Shown: positions 13,085 to 26,944, numbered from the stretch's first letter. The stretch: DNA of 64,000 bases from the human T2T-CHM13v2.0 reference genome, Homo sapiens (GCF_009914755.1 NC_060935.1); one strand, 5' to 3'. Notes: a model not told the origin generated them from the sequence alone. Numbers and translations are program-made.

Positions 13085-13322
13085 ATATTGTAGACTCCCA
13101 GGTCAGAACTTTTGAATTTAAATTCCAGCTCTACCACTTTCTAGCTGGATAACCTTGGACATGCTATTCTAAACACTTTCTGCTCCACTAACCATGTCTG
13201 AATACTATGAAGAAAAATAGAGTTCCCCTTAAAGTTGTGTTTTGAGGATTGAATACTATATGCAAAGTTAGAATAGGACCTAACAAGTATAAGCACTAAA
13301 ATATTTGGCTAATATTATTATT
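13085..13322 (+). mobile_element. MIR SINE
   Basis: aattccagctctaccactttctagctggataaccttggac...tgaggattgaat...aagcactaaaatattt. Confidence 0.7.
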
Positions 13323-13632
13323 ACCAAACTATTGAGATGATTCATTCATAGTAGACTCTCACAGTAGATCATAATCGCCTCAAGGACAGAGACATTATCT
13401 TTTTAACATTTGTTAATGAGAGCATCTAGCTTTGGGAAAGTGCACAGTGAGCATTTAATAAATATGTCTTGAACAAATATGAATAAGCACATGCTACTTA
13501 TTTTGTAGCATTTAACTATTGTGCTATAGTTAAGTATTTAAACAGCACTGTTTGTGTTCAATTTATCTTATATAACATATGCTATGTATACACCAGGTGC
13601 TCAATTAATGTTTAGTTAAAGTTGAGTTCTAG

Positions 13633-13970
<338 letters not shown>

Positions 13971-15019
13971 TTGGTTTTGTTTTTGAATCTCAGTTTCTTC
14001 ACTTTCAAAACACTGGTTCTGTGAGGGATGGTTTGGGATAGAGAAAGAAGGGAAGAAAAAAAATTGCTCTAGTTTATTTTTATAGAGTGGGACAGTGTAT
14101 TCCTAAGTGTGTTTCACAGAACTGTGACTCTTCTGAATGAAGCCATGGGCTTTCTGGAATGATGAAAAGCTAAAGACAGAGATATTGTTCAAAACATTTG
14201 TTCCTAGCATTGCTTTATTCCCCTGGAGGAGAATATGATCTTGCTGATACAGCGATTACTTAAGAACTAGAAATGCCTGAGGTTTGTCCACATTCTCATA
14301 AACTGAAGTTTATAAATTACTGGTTAAATTCTTAAAGAATGGTAACAGTGATTCAGGGAATTAAAAATTATGGCCCAGTAAGAAGTGAGCTTTCAGATCT
14401 GAGAGGACTCTGCATTGCTTGGACAGTGTCACACGCAGCAGTTCCACAATCACAGGCAATACATTTCCTTTTTCCTTCCTAGCTTCTAAAGACTAAGGGA
14501 AGTTATGCCGAGATACGCAAATAGGTTTGTGTTATGTGTGCACATAATGATCCTGATAAAATTTCTTAGTTTTGGTGACATTCAGAAGGTTGAGTAAAGA
14601 ATATTCATATGTAATTTTTTTTTAAATTTTTCTTTGTCAAGCACATTTTGGAAACCTAGGCTCAGCAAGGTTAAATGTACATGTGTGTATTTAACTGCAA
14701 GAAAATGCAAAACCTTGATTTTGCTAATATGTGAAGTGAATCTCCAATAAGGAAACAGGATTTGCAGCATTTGCCAAACTTATCTGATCACAGAAATGTC
14801 TGTGGACCTAGTGTAATATGAAATTCAGTCTGAGAAAAACTAAGCTATAACTAGATAAAATCAGGGCCTGAACCATAGTGTTGGCTGCATTGAATTATGT
14901 TAAGAAAATTTGGAGTTAAATTTACTCCAGTGTCATGGGACTTCACATTGTCCAAAGCTAGATTTAGATAGTTTTGAATAAATTTAGTTGCTTATACAGT
15001 ATCTTTTTATACAAGCAGA

Positions 15020-15110
15020 TACTCACACAGACACACATAATATACATACATGTATATAAATGTATATATACATACACTATATATATATATATATTCACAT
15101 ATATAAATGG
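15020..15110. repeat. (TA)n/(CA)n low-complexity tract
   Basis: cacacataatatacatacatgtatataaatgtatatatacatacactatatatatatatatatt. Confidence 0.75.
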
Positions 15111-15136
15111 TTATAGGAAACTTAGAAAGAATAGAT

Positions 15137-15191
15137 TGCCATCTGAATCTGTGTCCTGCCCAAATTCATATGTTGAAACCTAATGTCCAAA
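15137..15191 (+). mobile_element. MLT1A-type MaLR LTR, 5' piece (interrupted by Tigger1)
   Basis: ctgaatctgtgtcctgcccaaattcatatgttgaaacctaa matches the MLT1A start. Confidence 0.75.
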
Positions 15192-15193
15192 TA

Positions 15194-16106
15194 CAGTCAT
15201 ACCTCATTTTGTTTTGCTTTATTGCACATTGCAAATATTGCATTTTTATTAGTTGAAGGTTTTTGGCAACCCTGTATCAAGTAAGTTTATTGGTGCCATT
15301 CTTCCAACAGCATGTGCTCATTTCACACTTCTGTGTCACATTTTCATCATTCTCACTATATTTTAAACTTTATTATTATTATATCTTTTACAGTGACCTG
15401 TGATTAGTGATTTTTGACGTTTCTACTGTAATTGTTTGGGATCACTATGAACCATGCCCACATAAGATAGAGAATTTAATCTATAAATAATGTGTGTGTT
15501 CTGACTGCTCCACTGGCCAGGTATTCCCTCATCTTAAGCCTCCGTAGTCCCTAAAACACAACAATATTGAAATTAAGCCAATTAAAAACCCTACAATCTC
15601 CTCTAAGGGTTCAAATGAAAGAAAAAGTCCTTCACTTTAGATCAAAAGCTACAAATGATTAAGTTTAGTGAGTAAAGCATGTTGAATGCTGAGATATGCT
15701 GAAAGTTAAGACACTTTGACTTTATCAGTTGGCCAAGCCGTGAATGCAAACGAAGGATAAGTCTTGAGGGAAATGAAAATTGCTATTCCAGTGAGCACAT
15801 AAATGATAAGAAAGTAAAACAGCTTTATTATTGATATGGATAAAGTTTTAGTGGTCTGGATTAAAGAACAAATCTTCCACAACATTTCCTTATGCCAAAG
15901 CCAATGGAGACCAAAATTCTGACTCTCTTCAATTCTATGAAGGCTGAGAAAGGTGAGGACATTGCAAAAGAAAAGTTTGAAACTGTCAGAGGTTCGCTCA
16001 TGGGGTTTAAGTGAAGACGCCATCTCCAAAACATAAAATTGCAAGGTGAAGAAATAAGTGCTCATGTAGATGCTGCAGCAAGTTATCCAGAAGATCTAGC
16101 TAAGAT
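15194..16106 (+). mobile_element. Tigger1 DNA transposon, 5' part (left TIR and transposase N-terminus)
   Basis: TA at 15192-15193, then cagtcatacctc TIR; continuous Tigger1 homology up to gatctagctaagat. Confidence 0.95.
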
Positions 16107-16314
16107 TGAAACTGACCCTACAAATTTTATAAAATAAATCAAGAATGAAGGGAGGGGAGAAACGAAAATAAACCAAGCTTGTCCACATTCAATTAGGTTA
16201 TTAGGTCAGCTTGCTCTCTGACTTGCTTTCTCCTAGTTGTTTGGACCCTATGGACCTACAATCACGTAGACTCTCACTGCTCAACTGCTCTATAGATAAC
16301 AATTTAAATGTTCT
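16107..16314 (+). mobile_element. ERV1 solo LTR (LTR26-like), 5' piece
   Basis: tgaaactgaccc...gggaggggagaaacgaaaataaaccaagcttg...; preceded by agat (16103-16106), repeated at 25450-25453 as a 4-bp TSD. Confidence 0.8.
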
Positions 16315-16320
16315 AAGATT

Positions 16321-19300
16321 GAGGGTGGAAAAAGATGGCAGAATTGAAGGCTCCATGAGTCATTATCCCCCAACTCCCAGCAAAGGACACCAGATTAGCA
16401 ACTATCTACAAAGAAAAAACATTTTTGTAAGACCCCCAAATCAAGTGAGCACTCATAATACCTGGTTTTAACTCCATATTGCTGAAAGAGGGACAGAAAA
16501 TATAAAAAAAGAGATAGAGAAAACAGTCCCCCAACCCCTAGCAGTGGTGGCGTGGTGGAAAGGAACTTTCTGAGTGCGTGGGAGGGAGAACATAGTAATT
16601 GTGAGCCACTGAACTCAGTGCTGTCCTTTTAGAGTATAAAGAAAAATTGAACCAAACTCAGCTGATGGCTACCCATGGAGGAAGCATTTAAACCAGCCCT
16701 AGTCAGAGGGGAATTTCCAAGCCCAACAATCTGAATTTGAGTACCTGCAAACCTCACAACAGAGGCTACAGTGCTCTCTGTGCCTCCAGGTAAATTCAAA
16801 AGGCAGTCTAGGCCATAAGGACTGCAATTCTTAGGAGATTACTTGATATGGTCTGGCTCTGTGTTCCCACCCACATCTCATTTGGAGTTATAGTCCAAAT
16901 TGTAATCCCCATGTGTTGGTGGAGGAACTTCATGGGAGGTGAATGAATCATGGGGGTGGTTCCCCCATGCTGTTCTCATGATAGTGAATGAGTTCTCATG
17001 AGATATGATGGTTTTGTGAGGGGTTTTCCCCTCCATTTGTTCTGCATTTCTCTCATTCTTTTCCTTCCTGCCACCATGTGAAGAAGAACATGCTTGCTTC
17101 ATCTTCCACCATAACTGTAAGTTTACTGAGGCCTCCCCAGTCATGCAGAACTGTGAGTCAATTAAACCTCTTTCCTTTATAAATTACCCAGTCTCAGGTA
17201 TGTCTTTATTAGTAGTGTGAGAATGGACTAATACAGTAAATTGGTACTGGTAGAGTAGGGTGCTGCTGTAAGGATACCCAAAATGTGGAAGTGACTTTAG
17301 AACTTGGTAACAGGCAGAGGTTGGAATAGCTTAGAGGATCCAGAAGACAGGAAAATTTGGGAAAGTTTGGAACTTCCTAGAGACATGTTGAATGGCTTTG
17401 ACATAAAGGCCGATGGTGATATGTACAATAAAGTTCAGGCTGAAATGGAGATGGGGAACTTGTTGGAAATTGAAGCAAAGGCGACTCTTGCTGTGCTTTA
17501 GCAAAGAGACTAGTGGCTTTTTGCCCCTGCCCTAGAGATCTGTGGAACTTTGAACTTGAGATAAATGATTTGGGGTATCTGGTGGAAGAAAATTCTAAGT
17601 GACAAAGTGTTCAAGAGAAAGCAGAGCATAAAAGCTTGGAAAATTTGCAGCGTGATGATGCAATAGAAAAGAAAACCTCATTTTCTGGGAAGAAATCCAA
17701 GCCTGCTGCAGAAACTTGCATAAGTAAAAAGGAGCTGAATGTTAATTACCAAGGAAATGGAGAAAATGTCCCCAGGACTTGTCAGAAACCTTTGCAGTAG
17801 CCCCTCTCATCATAGTCCCAGAGGCCTAGGAGGAAGAAATGGTTTCATAGGCCAGACCCAGAGTCCCCCTGCTGTGTGCAGCCTAGATACTTGGAGCTCC
17901 GCATCACAGCCACTCCAGCTGTGGCTAAAAGGGGCCTCAGGATGCTGTTTCACAGGGCACAAGCCCCCAGCCTTGGCAGCTTCCACCTGGTGTTGGTCTT
18001 ACAGGTGCAAAGAAGACAATAATTTAGGTTTGGGAACCTGCACCTAGATTTCAGGGGATGTATGGAAATGCCTGGATGACTAGCACAAGTCTGCTGTGGT
18101 GGGGTACGGGGGGCAGGCAGGGGCAGGGAGCCTTCATTGAGAACCTCTGCTATGGCAGTTCAGAAGGGAAACGTGGGATCAAAGCCCCCACACAGAGTCC
18201 CCACTGGGGCACTGCCCAGGGGAGCTGTAAGAGCAGGGTCACTGTTCTCCAGGCCCCAGAATGGTAGATCCACTGACAGCTTTCATCACACTCCTGGAAA
18301 ACCCACAGACACTCAATGCCAGCCATGAAAGCAGCTAAGAGGGAGCCTATACCCTGCAAAGCCACAGGGGCAGGGCTGCCCAATGCTGTGAGAGCCCACC
18401 TCTTGCATCAGGGTGACGTGGATATAAGACATGGAGTCAAAGGAGATCATTTTGGAACTTTAAGTTTTAATGACTATCCTATTGGATTTCAGATTTGCAT
18501 GGGGCCTGTAGCCCCTTTGTTTTGACCAGTTTATCCCATTTGGAATGAATGTATTTACCAAATTCCTGTACCCCCATTATATCAAGGAAGTAACTAACTT
18601 GCTTTTGATTTTTCAGGCTCATAGGCAGAAGGGACTCAAAATAGGATTTTGGGTTAATGCTGGAATGAGTTAAGACTTTGGGAATCAGTTAGGAAGGCAT
18701 GACTGTGTTTTGAAATGTGAGGAGATGAGATTTGGGAGTCAACAGGGGTGAAATGATATGGTCTGACTTTGCAGCCTCACCCAAATCTCATCTTGAATTG
18801 TAATCTGAACTGTAATCCCCACCTGTTGAGGGAGGGACGTTGTGGGAGGTCATTGAAGCATGGTTTTATTTCCTCCATGCTGTTCTCATGATAATGAGTG
18901 AGATCTCATGAGATATCATGGTTTTGTGAGGGGCTTTTCCCCTTTGCTCTGCACTTCTCTCATTCTTCTCCTCCATACCACCATGTAAAGAATATGTTTG
19001 CTTCCCCTTCTGCCGTAATTGTATGTTTCCTGAGGCCTCCTCAGCCATGCTGAACTGTGGGTCAATTAAACCTCTTTCCTTTATAAATTACCCAGTCTCG
19101 GGTATGTCTTTATTAGCAGTGTAAGAACAGACTAATACAGTCCTAGAGCTGAGCCAGGCCCAAAGACAGTAGACTAGGGAGTATGAGGGGGACATGTGAC
19201 ATACTGAGACATAAGCTGGGACAACCAAGGGAGTACTCGCAGCACCAGTTCCTTAAACCCAGGCTGCACAGCTTATGGATCCAAAATAGACCCCTTCCTT

Positions 19301-22300
19301 CTAACAAAGGAGAGGGAATGGAAGAGTGGGGAGGACTTTGACTTGCATCCTGGATATCAGATCAGCCATAGCAGGATAGGGCATGAGGCAGAGGCATGAG
19401 GCTCCCGTTCCAGGGCCTAACTCCCAGATGACATTTCTAGACACATCCTGGGCCAGAAGGGAAACTGCTGCCTTTAAGGAAAGGACCCAGTCCTGACAGC
19501 ATTCATCACCTGTTAACTGAAGAGCCCTTTGGCCCTGAATAATGAGCAGTAATGCCCAGGTATTACACTGAGGGCCTTGGGTGAGCCTCTAGATGTGCTG
19601 GCTTCAGATATCATCTGGGCCACATCAGAGCAGAGCACCAAGTCAGCTCTTGGGGTCCCCAATTCCAGGACTAGACTCTTGTCCAGCATTTCTGGACCTG
19701 CTGTTAGCCAGAAGACAGCCCACTGTCCTGAAGGCTGAGGCCCAGGCCAGGCAGCATTCACCACAAGCTGACATAAAAGCCCTTGGGCCACAAGGAAAAA
19801 TTCGTTGGTACTCTGACAGTACTCCTCATGCACTGGGGTGGCAGTGGCTCCAGGGTGAGGCTCCTCTGCCTTTGGAAAGAGGAAGGAAGAGTGGGAAGGA
19901 CTATGTATTATGCTTTGAGTGCCAGCTCAGCTACAATACAAGAAAACACCGGGTAGACTTCTAAGGTTTTTTACTCTAGTTTATGACTCCTCGAAAGCAC
20001 CTCTGGACCCACTGGAGCCTGAGCAATCTTGCTGCTCTGAGGGCAAGAACACAGGCCTCGCTGGCTTTGCCACCCACTGATTGCAGAGCCCCAGGGCTTT
20101 AAGTGAACATAAGCAGTAACTAGGGAGTGGTTACAGAAGGCCTTGGGCAAGACCCATCACTGTGCTGGCATCAGGTCTGACCCAACACAGTCATAGCAGT
20201 AGAGGCCACAGGGGTACTTGTGTTACTCCACTATTAGTTTTACATGGCTCAGAACAGAGAGAGACACTCTGTTTGTTTGGGAGAAACTAAGAAAAGAGAA
20301 TAAGAGTCTCTACATGGTGATAGAGATAATTCTCCTGGATTTTGTCCAAGACCATCAAGGCAGTAACTCTATGGGTCTGCAAGAACCACAGCATTACAGG
20401 GCTTGGGATGCCCCCTAAAGTAGATACAGTTTAGATCTCAATACCCAAGTCCTTTCAAATATCTGGAATGCCTTCCCAAGAAAGAAGGCTACAAATAAGC
20501 ACAGACAGTGAAGACTGAAATAAATACGTAGCTCTTCAATTCCCAGATACTGAAGAGCAACACCATCCAGGAAAACATGAATTCACCAGATTAACTAAAT
20601 AAGGCACCAGGGGCCAATTTTGGAGAAACAGAGATATGTAATCTTCAGACAGAGAATCGAAAATAGCTGTGTTGAGGCACCTCCAAGAAATTTGAGATAA
20701 CACAGAGAAAGAATTCAGAATTCTATCAGACAAATGTAACAAAGACATTGAAATAATTAAAAAGAGTCAAGTAGAAATACTGGAATTTAAAAATGCAATT
20801 ATCTTACTGAAAAATCCACCAGCGTCCTTTAATAGCAGAATTGATCAAGCAGAGGAAAGAATTAGTGACCGTGAAGAAAGATTATTTGAAAATGCACACT
20901 CAGTAGAGACAAAAGAAAAAATAGTAAAAAACAATAAAGCACATCTACAGGATCTAGGAAAGAGCTTCAAAAAGGCAAATCTAAGAGTTATTGGCCTTAA
21001 AAAGCAGATAGAAAAAGAGATGGGGTAGAAAGTTTATTCAAAAGGATAACAACAGCAAACCTCCCAAATCTAGAGAAAGATGTCAATATACAAGTACAAG
21101 AAGGTTATAGAACACCAAGCAGATTTGACCCAAAGAAGACTACCTCAAGGCATTTAATGATCAAACTCTCAAAGGTCAAGGATAAAAAAAGGATTCTAGA
21201 AGCAGCAAGAGAAAGAAACAAATAACATACAATAGAGCTCCAGTACATCTGGCAGCAGACATTTCAGTGGAAAACTTACAGGCCAGAAGTTAGTGGTGTA
21301 ACATATTTCAAGTGCTGAAGGAAAATAACTTTTACCCTAGAATAGTATATCCAGTGAAAATAATCTTCAAACATGAAGGAAAAATGACCTTCCCAAATAA
21401 AAGCTGAGGAATTACATCATTGCCAGACCTGACCTATAAGAAATACTAAAGGGAGTACTTGAATAAGGAAGAAAAGGACATTAATTAGCAGTAAATAATC
21501 ACATGGACCATTCTCAAAAATAGACCATATGCTAGGCCACAAAACAAGACTCAAAACATTCAAAAAAATAGAAATAATATCAAGCAACTTATCTGATCAC
21601 AATGGAATAAAACTAGAAATTAATAACGAGAAATTTTGGAAACTATACAGATAATGGAAATTAAACAATGTGCTCCTGAATGACCAGTGGGTCAATGAAG
21701 AAATTAAGAAGAAAACTGAAAAATTTCTTGAAACAATGGGCAATAAAAACACAACATACCAGGACATATGGGATACAGCAAAAGTAGTACTAAGAGGGAA
21801 GTTTATAGCTGTACATGCCTACATCAGAAAGGGGAAAAACTTCAAATAAACAATATAATGATGCAGCTTAAGGAACTAGAAAAGCAAGAGCAAACCAAAC
21901 CCTAAATTAGTAGAAAAAAGAAATAATAAAGATCAGAGTAGAAATAAATGAAATTGGTATTTAAAACAATACAAAAATCAATGAAACAAAAAGTTGTTTT
22001 CTGAAAGTTAAACAAAATTGACAAACCTTTAGCCAGACTAAGAAAAAAAAAGATAGAATATCCAAATAAAATAAGAAATGTAAAAGGAGACATTACAACT
22101 GATAATGAAAAAAATTCAGATTACTAGTGGCTACTATGAACAACTATATGCCAATAAATTTGAAAATCTAGAAGAAATTGACCGATTCCTAAATACAAGC
22201 AAACTACCAAGATCGAACTAGGAAGAAATCCAAACCTGAATATACCTATAACAAGTAACAAAATTGAAGTGATAATAAGAAGTCTCTCAGAAATAAAAAG

Positions 22301-25060
22301 ACGAAGACCTGATGGCTTCACTGCTGAATTCTACCAAACATTTAAAAAGGAACTAATACTAATTCTACCCAAACTATTCCAAAAACATAGAGGAGGAGGG
22401 AATTACTCTAAACTCATTCTACAAGGCCGGTATTACCATGGTACCAAAAGTAGACAAAAACACATTAAAAAAAAAAAGGCCACTATTTCTGATGAATATT
22501 GATGCAAAAATCCTCAAGAAAATACTAGCAAACCAAAATCAACAATATATGAGAAAGATTATTCATCATAACCAAGTGGAATTTATCCCTGGGGATGCAA
22601 GGATGGTTCAACATAATGCAAATCAATCAATATGATACATAGTTTCAACAGAATTAATGATAAAAACTGTATGATAATTTCACTAGATGCTGAAAAATCA
22701 TTTGATAAAGTTCAACATTGCTTTATGATAAAAACCCTAAAAAAACTGAGGATAGAAGAAATACACCATAACATAATAAAATCTATATACAACAGACACA
22801 CAGCTAATATCATACTGAATGGGGAAAAACTGAAAGCCTTTCTTCTAAGATCTGGAAGACATTATCACTACTGTTATTCAACATAGTACTGGAAGTCCTA
22901 TCCACAGCAGTCAGACAAGAGAAAGTTGTAAAGAACATCCATGTTAGAAAGGAAAAAGTCGTAAGTTCCTTGTTTGCAGATGATATGATCTTTTGTTTTG
23001 AAAAACCTAAAGACTCCACAAGAAAACTATTGGAACTGATTTAAAAAAGAGTTGAGTAAAGTTGAAGGATACAAAATCAATATACAACAATCAGTAGTAA
23101 TTTTCTATGCAGTGAACCGTGTGAAAAAGAAGTTAAAAAAGTAATTCCATTTATAGTAGCCACACAGAAAATTAAATACCTAGAAATTAACCAAAGAAGT
23201 GAAAGATCTCTATAATAAAAACTATAAAACAGTCATGAAATAAATTGAAAAGGACACAAAAAAATGGAAAAATATTCCATGTTCATGGATTGGAAGACTC
23301 AATATTGTTAAAATCTTCATACTACACAAAGTAATCTACAGATTAAATGCAATCCCTGTCAAAATACTCATGACATTCTCCACAGAAATAGAAAAAACAA
23401 TCCCACAATTTATATGAAACCATAAAAGACCCAGAATAACCAAAGCTATCCTAAGCAAAAAGAACAAAACCAGAGGAATCATATCACCTGAATTCATATT
23501 ATACTACAGAGCTTTATCAACCAAAACAGCATGGTACTGGCATACAAACAGATGTAGACATTTGGACCAGTGAAACAGAATGGAGACCCCAGAAACAAAT
23601 CTATCCATCTAAAATGAACTCATTTTCAGCAAAGGTGTGAAGAACATGCACTGGTGAAAAGACAGTCTCTTCAATAAATGGTGCTGGAAAAACTGAATAT
23701 CCACGTGCAGAAGAATGAAACTAGACCCTTATATCTTGCTGTATACAAACATCAAATTAAAATGAATTAAAGACTTAAGGCTAAGACCTCAAACCATGAA
23801 TCTGCTATGTGAAAACATTGGTGAAAATCCCCAGGACATTGGTCTGGGAAAAAATTTCTTGAACAATACCCCACAGCACAGGCAACCAAAGCAAACATGG
23901 ACAAACAGGATCATATTAAGTTAAAATGTTTCTGTATAGCAAAGGATAAACAACAAAGTGCAGAGGCAACCCAAGGAATGGAAGAATATATTTGCAAACT
24001 ACCCACCTGACAAGGCATTAATAACTACAATATATAAGGAGCTCCAACAACTCTATAAAAAATCTAATAATCTGATAAAAAGTGGGCAAATGATTTGAGT
24101 AGGCATTTATCAAAATAACAGACAAATGGAAAACAGGCATATGAAAATGTAATCAACATCATTTATCATCAGAGAAACACAAATAAAACTACAATGAGAT
24201 ATTATCTCACCCCAGTTAAAATGGCTTATATCCAAAAGACAGGCAATAACAAATGCTGGTGAGCAAGTGGAAAAAAGGGAACCCTTGTACACTGTTGGTG
24301 GGAATGTAAATTAGTACAATTGCTATGGAGAACTGTTTGGAGGTTCTGCAAAAAAGTAAAAATTAAGCTCTCATATGATCAAGCAACCTCACTGCTGGGT
24401 GTATACCCAAAAGAAAGAAAATCAGTATATTAAAGAAATACCTGCACTCCTGTTTGTTGCAGCATTGTTTAAAACTGATAACATTTGGAAGCAACCTAAG
24501 TATCCATGAACAGATGAATAGATAAAGAAAATGTGGTACATAGACACAATGGAGCCATGAAAAAGAATGATATCCATTAATTCGCAACAACATGGGTGGA
24601 ATTGGAGATCATTATGCTAAATGAAATAAGCCAGGGACAGAAAGACAAACATTGCCTGTTCTCACTTATCTGTGGGACCTAAAAAATCAAAACAATTGAA
24701 CTTATGGACATAGAAATTAGAAGGATCATTACCAGAGGCTGGGAAGGGTAGTGGGGCACTGAAGGGGAGGAGAAGATCATTAATTGGTACAAAAATAGTT
24801 AGAAAGAATGAATGAGAGCTACTATTTGATAGCACAATAGGGTGACTACACTCAATAATATCTGAATTTCATATTTTAAAATAACTTAGTGTGTAATTGG
24901 ATTGTTTGTTACTCAAGGTATAAATACTTGAGAAGATGAAAACTCCATTCTCCATGATGTGTTTATCTCACATTGCATGCCTGTATCAAAACATCTTATA
25001 AATATATATACATACTATGTACCCACAAAAAATTTTAAAATAATAATAATAAAATAAAAA
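16321..25060 (+). mobile_element. Near full-length L1MA1-like LINE, degraded, split by THE1C, with an internal deletion
   Basis: 5' end gagggtggaaaaagatggc; ORF1 remnant ~20560-21480; ORF2 peptides [22 protein letters not shown] and FADDMI (tttgcagatgatatgatc ~22973); L1MA1/2-type 3' UTR and A-rich tail 25027-25060. Confidence 0.93.
16844..19139 (+). mobile_element. Complete THE1C MaLR provirus: 5' LTR 16844-17235, internal 17236-18753, 3' LTR 18754-19139
   Basis: Two direct LTRs tgatatggtctg...actaataca; internal region starts gtaaattggtact; flanks ttact/gtcct form a degenerate 5-bp TSD; L1 5' UTR resumes at 19140. Confidence 0.95.
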
Positions 25061-25098
25061 GAAGGAAAGGTGTAGGCCTGTAATCTCAAAAAAGAATC

Positions 25099-25449
25099 TG
25101 AAATGTTAATTTTTCATTTGAAGTATTCTTTTAGGTCTTGTATACCAATAAAACCACTGACATCATTTGGTCTTAAGGAACCTATAAGGACTTGACTCAT
25201 CAAATAATGCTACATCCTGATGATTTTATCACCCTTACCCGGACCAAGAAATGACTCCCATTCTCCAGCTGTTCACTCTCTACAATCTTTTTAAAAACTC
25301 CCATCCAGAATTCCTCTGGGAGATGGATTTGAGGACCTCCTCACTCAGTGAATGCGTCATTAAACTCTTCATCTGTTGCAAAACCTGTTATCTCAGTGTA
25401 TTAATCTGTTACTATAAAGCAGGCATACAAACCTGTTGGCCCTATAACA
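25099..25449 (+). mobile_element. LTR26-like LTR, 3' piece
   Basis: tgaaatgttaattttt...cattaaactc...aacctgttggccctataaca, followed by the agat TSD. Confidence 0.8.
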
Positions 25450-26944
25450 AGATCACTGATAAGGGTGTGTCTCCACTAAATAATCGATTTTCAATGTACA
25501 TGAAACAGCTTTCTCTTGGAAGAAGATGACACCTAGGACTTTTATAGATAGAGAAGACAAGTTCATGCCTGACTTTAAAGCTTCAAAAGACAGGCTGACT
25601 CTCCTGTAGCAGTTAGTGCTGATTGTGACTTTAAGTGGAAGCCAATGCTCATCTACCAATTTGAAAATCCTAGGGCCCTTCAGAATTATGCTAAATTTAC
25701 TCTGTGTGTGTTCTACAAATGAAACAACAAAGTCTGAATGATAGCACATCTGCTTACAGTATGATTTACTCAGTATTTTAATCCCACTGTTGAGACCTAC
25801 TGCTCAAAAGAAAAGATTCCTTTCAAAATATTACCCCATTGAGAATCACTCAAGAGCTCTGGTGGAGATGTACAAGTTATTAATGTTGTTTTCATGCCTG
25901 CTAACACAAGATCTGTTCTGCAGCCCATGGACCAAGAAGTAATTTTTACTTTCAAGTTTTATTATTTAAGAAATAACTTTTGTAAGGCTATAACTGCCTT
26001 AGATAGGGATTCCTCTGATGGACCTAAACAAAATAAACTGAAAATCTTCTGGAAAGAATTTACCAGTCTAGATGTCATTAATAACATTTGTGATTCATGG
26101 GAGGAAGTCAAATTATCAACACTAGTAGAAGTTTGGAAGTCAAATTATCAACACTAGTAGAAGTTTGGAAGAAGTTGATTCCAAATCTCATGCATGATTT
26201 TGAGGGGTTTCAGGCTTCAAAGGAAGAAGTCACACTGCTGTGGTGGAAATAGGAAGAGAACTAGAATTAAATGTTGAACCTAAAGATGTGACTGAACTGC
26301 TACCATCTCATGATAAAATTTTAATGGATGAGGAGTTGCTTCTTATGGATAGACAAATGAAGTGTTTTCTTGAGACTGAGTCTACTCCTGATAGAGGCTG
26401 TGAACATCGTTGAAATAACAGCAAAGAATTTAGACTATTACATAAACTTAGTTGTTAAAGTAGTGTCAGGGTTTCAGATAATTGACTCTGATTTTGAAAG
26501 AAGTTCTACTGTGGGAAATATGTTATCAAACAGCCTCACATGCTATAGAAACATATTGTGTCAAGAGAAGTGTCAATGGATGTGGCAAACTTCACTGCTG
26601 TCTTATTTTAAGAAATTGCCACAGCCACCCCAGCCTTCAGCAACTATCACCCTGATGCATCAGCAGCCATCAACATAGAGGCAAGATCCTCCACCAGCAA
26701 AATGATTACAAATCGCTGAAGACTCAGACTATTGTTAGAATATTTTAGCAAAAAAGTATTTTAATTAAGGCATATATATTGTTTTTATACATGCCATTGA
26801 ACACATAATAGACTAGAGTATAATGTAAATATAACATTTATATGCACTGAGAAACCAAAAATGTTAAGTGACTCACTTTACTGCAATATTCACTTTCTTG
26901 AGGTGATCTGGAACCAAAGTCACAAATGCTCAGAGGTATTCCCT
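25450..26944 (+). mobile_element. Tigger1, 3' part (DDE domain and right TIR)
   Basis: Resumes agatcactgat exactly where the 5' part stopped; ORF 25894-26157 MPANTRSVLQPMDQEVI is a pogo/Tigger DDE motif; ends cagaggtattccct. Confidence 0.95.

Noticed and set aside
16930-16955. DUX4 site in the THE1 LTRs
   Set aside because: The TAATTGAATCA-type motif is degenerate in both LTRs (gtgaatgaatca and gtcattgaagca).
20560-24600. Active L1 ORFs, here and at 34397-40417
   Set aside because: Only short ORF fragments remain, with many stops, frameshifts and deletions.
15194-26944. Functional or domesticated Tigger (TIGD1-like) transposase
   Set aside because: Split by a 9.3-kb insertion and broken by stops and frameshifts.
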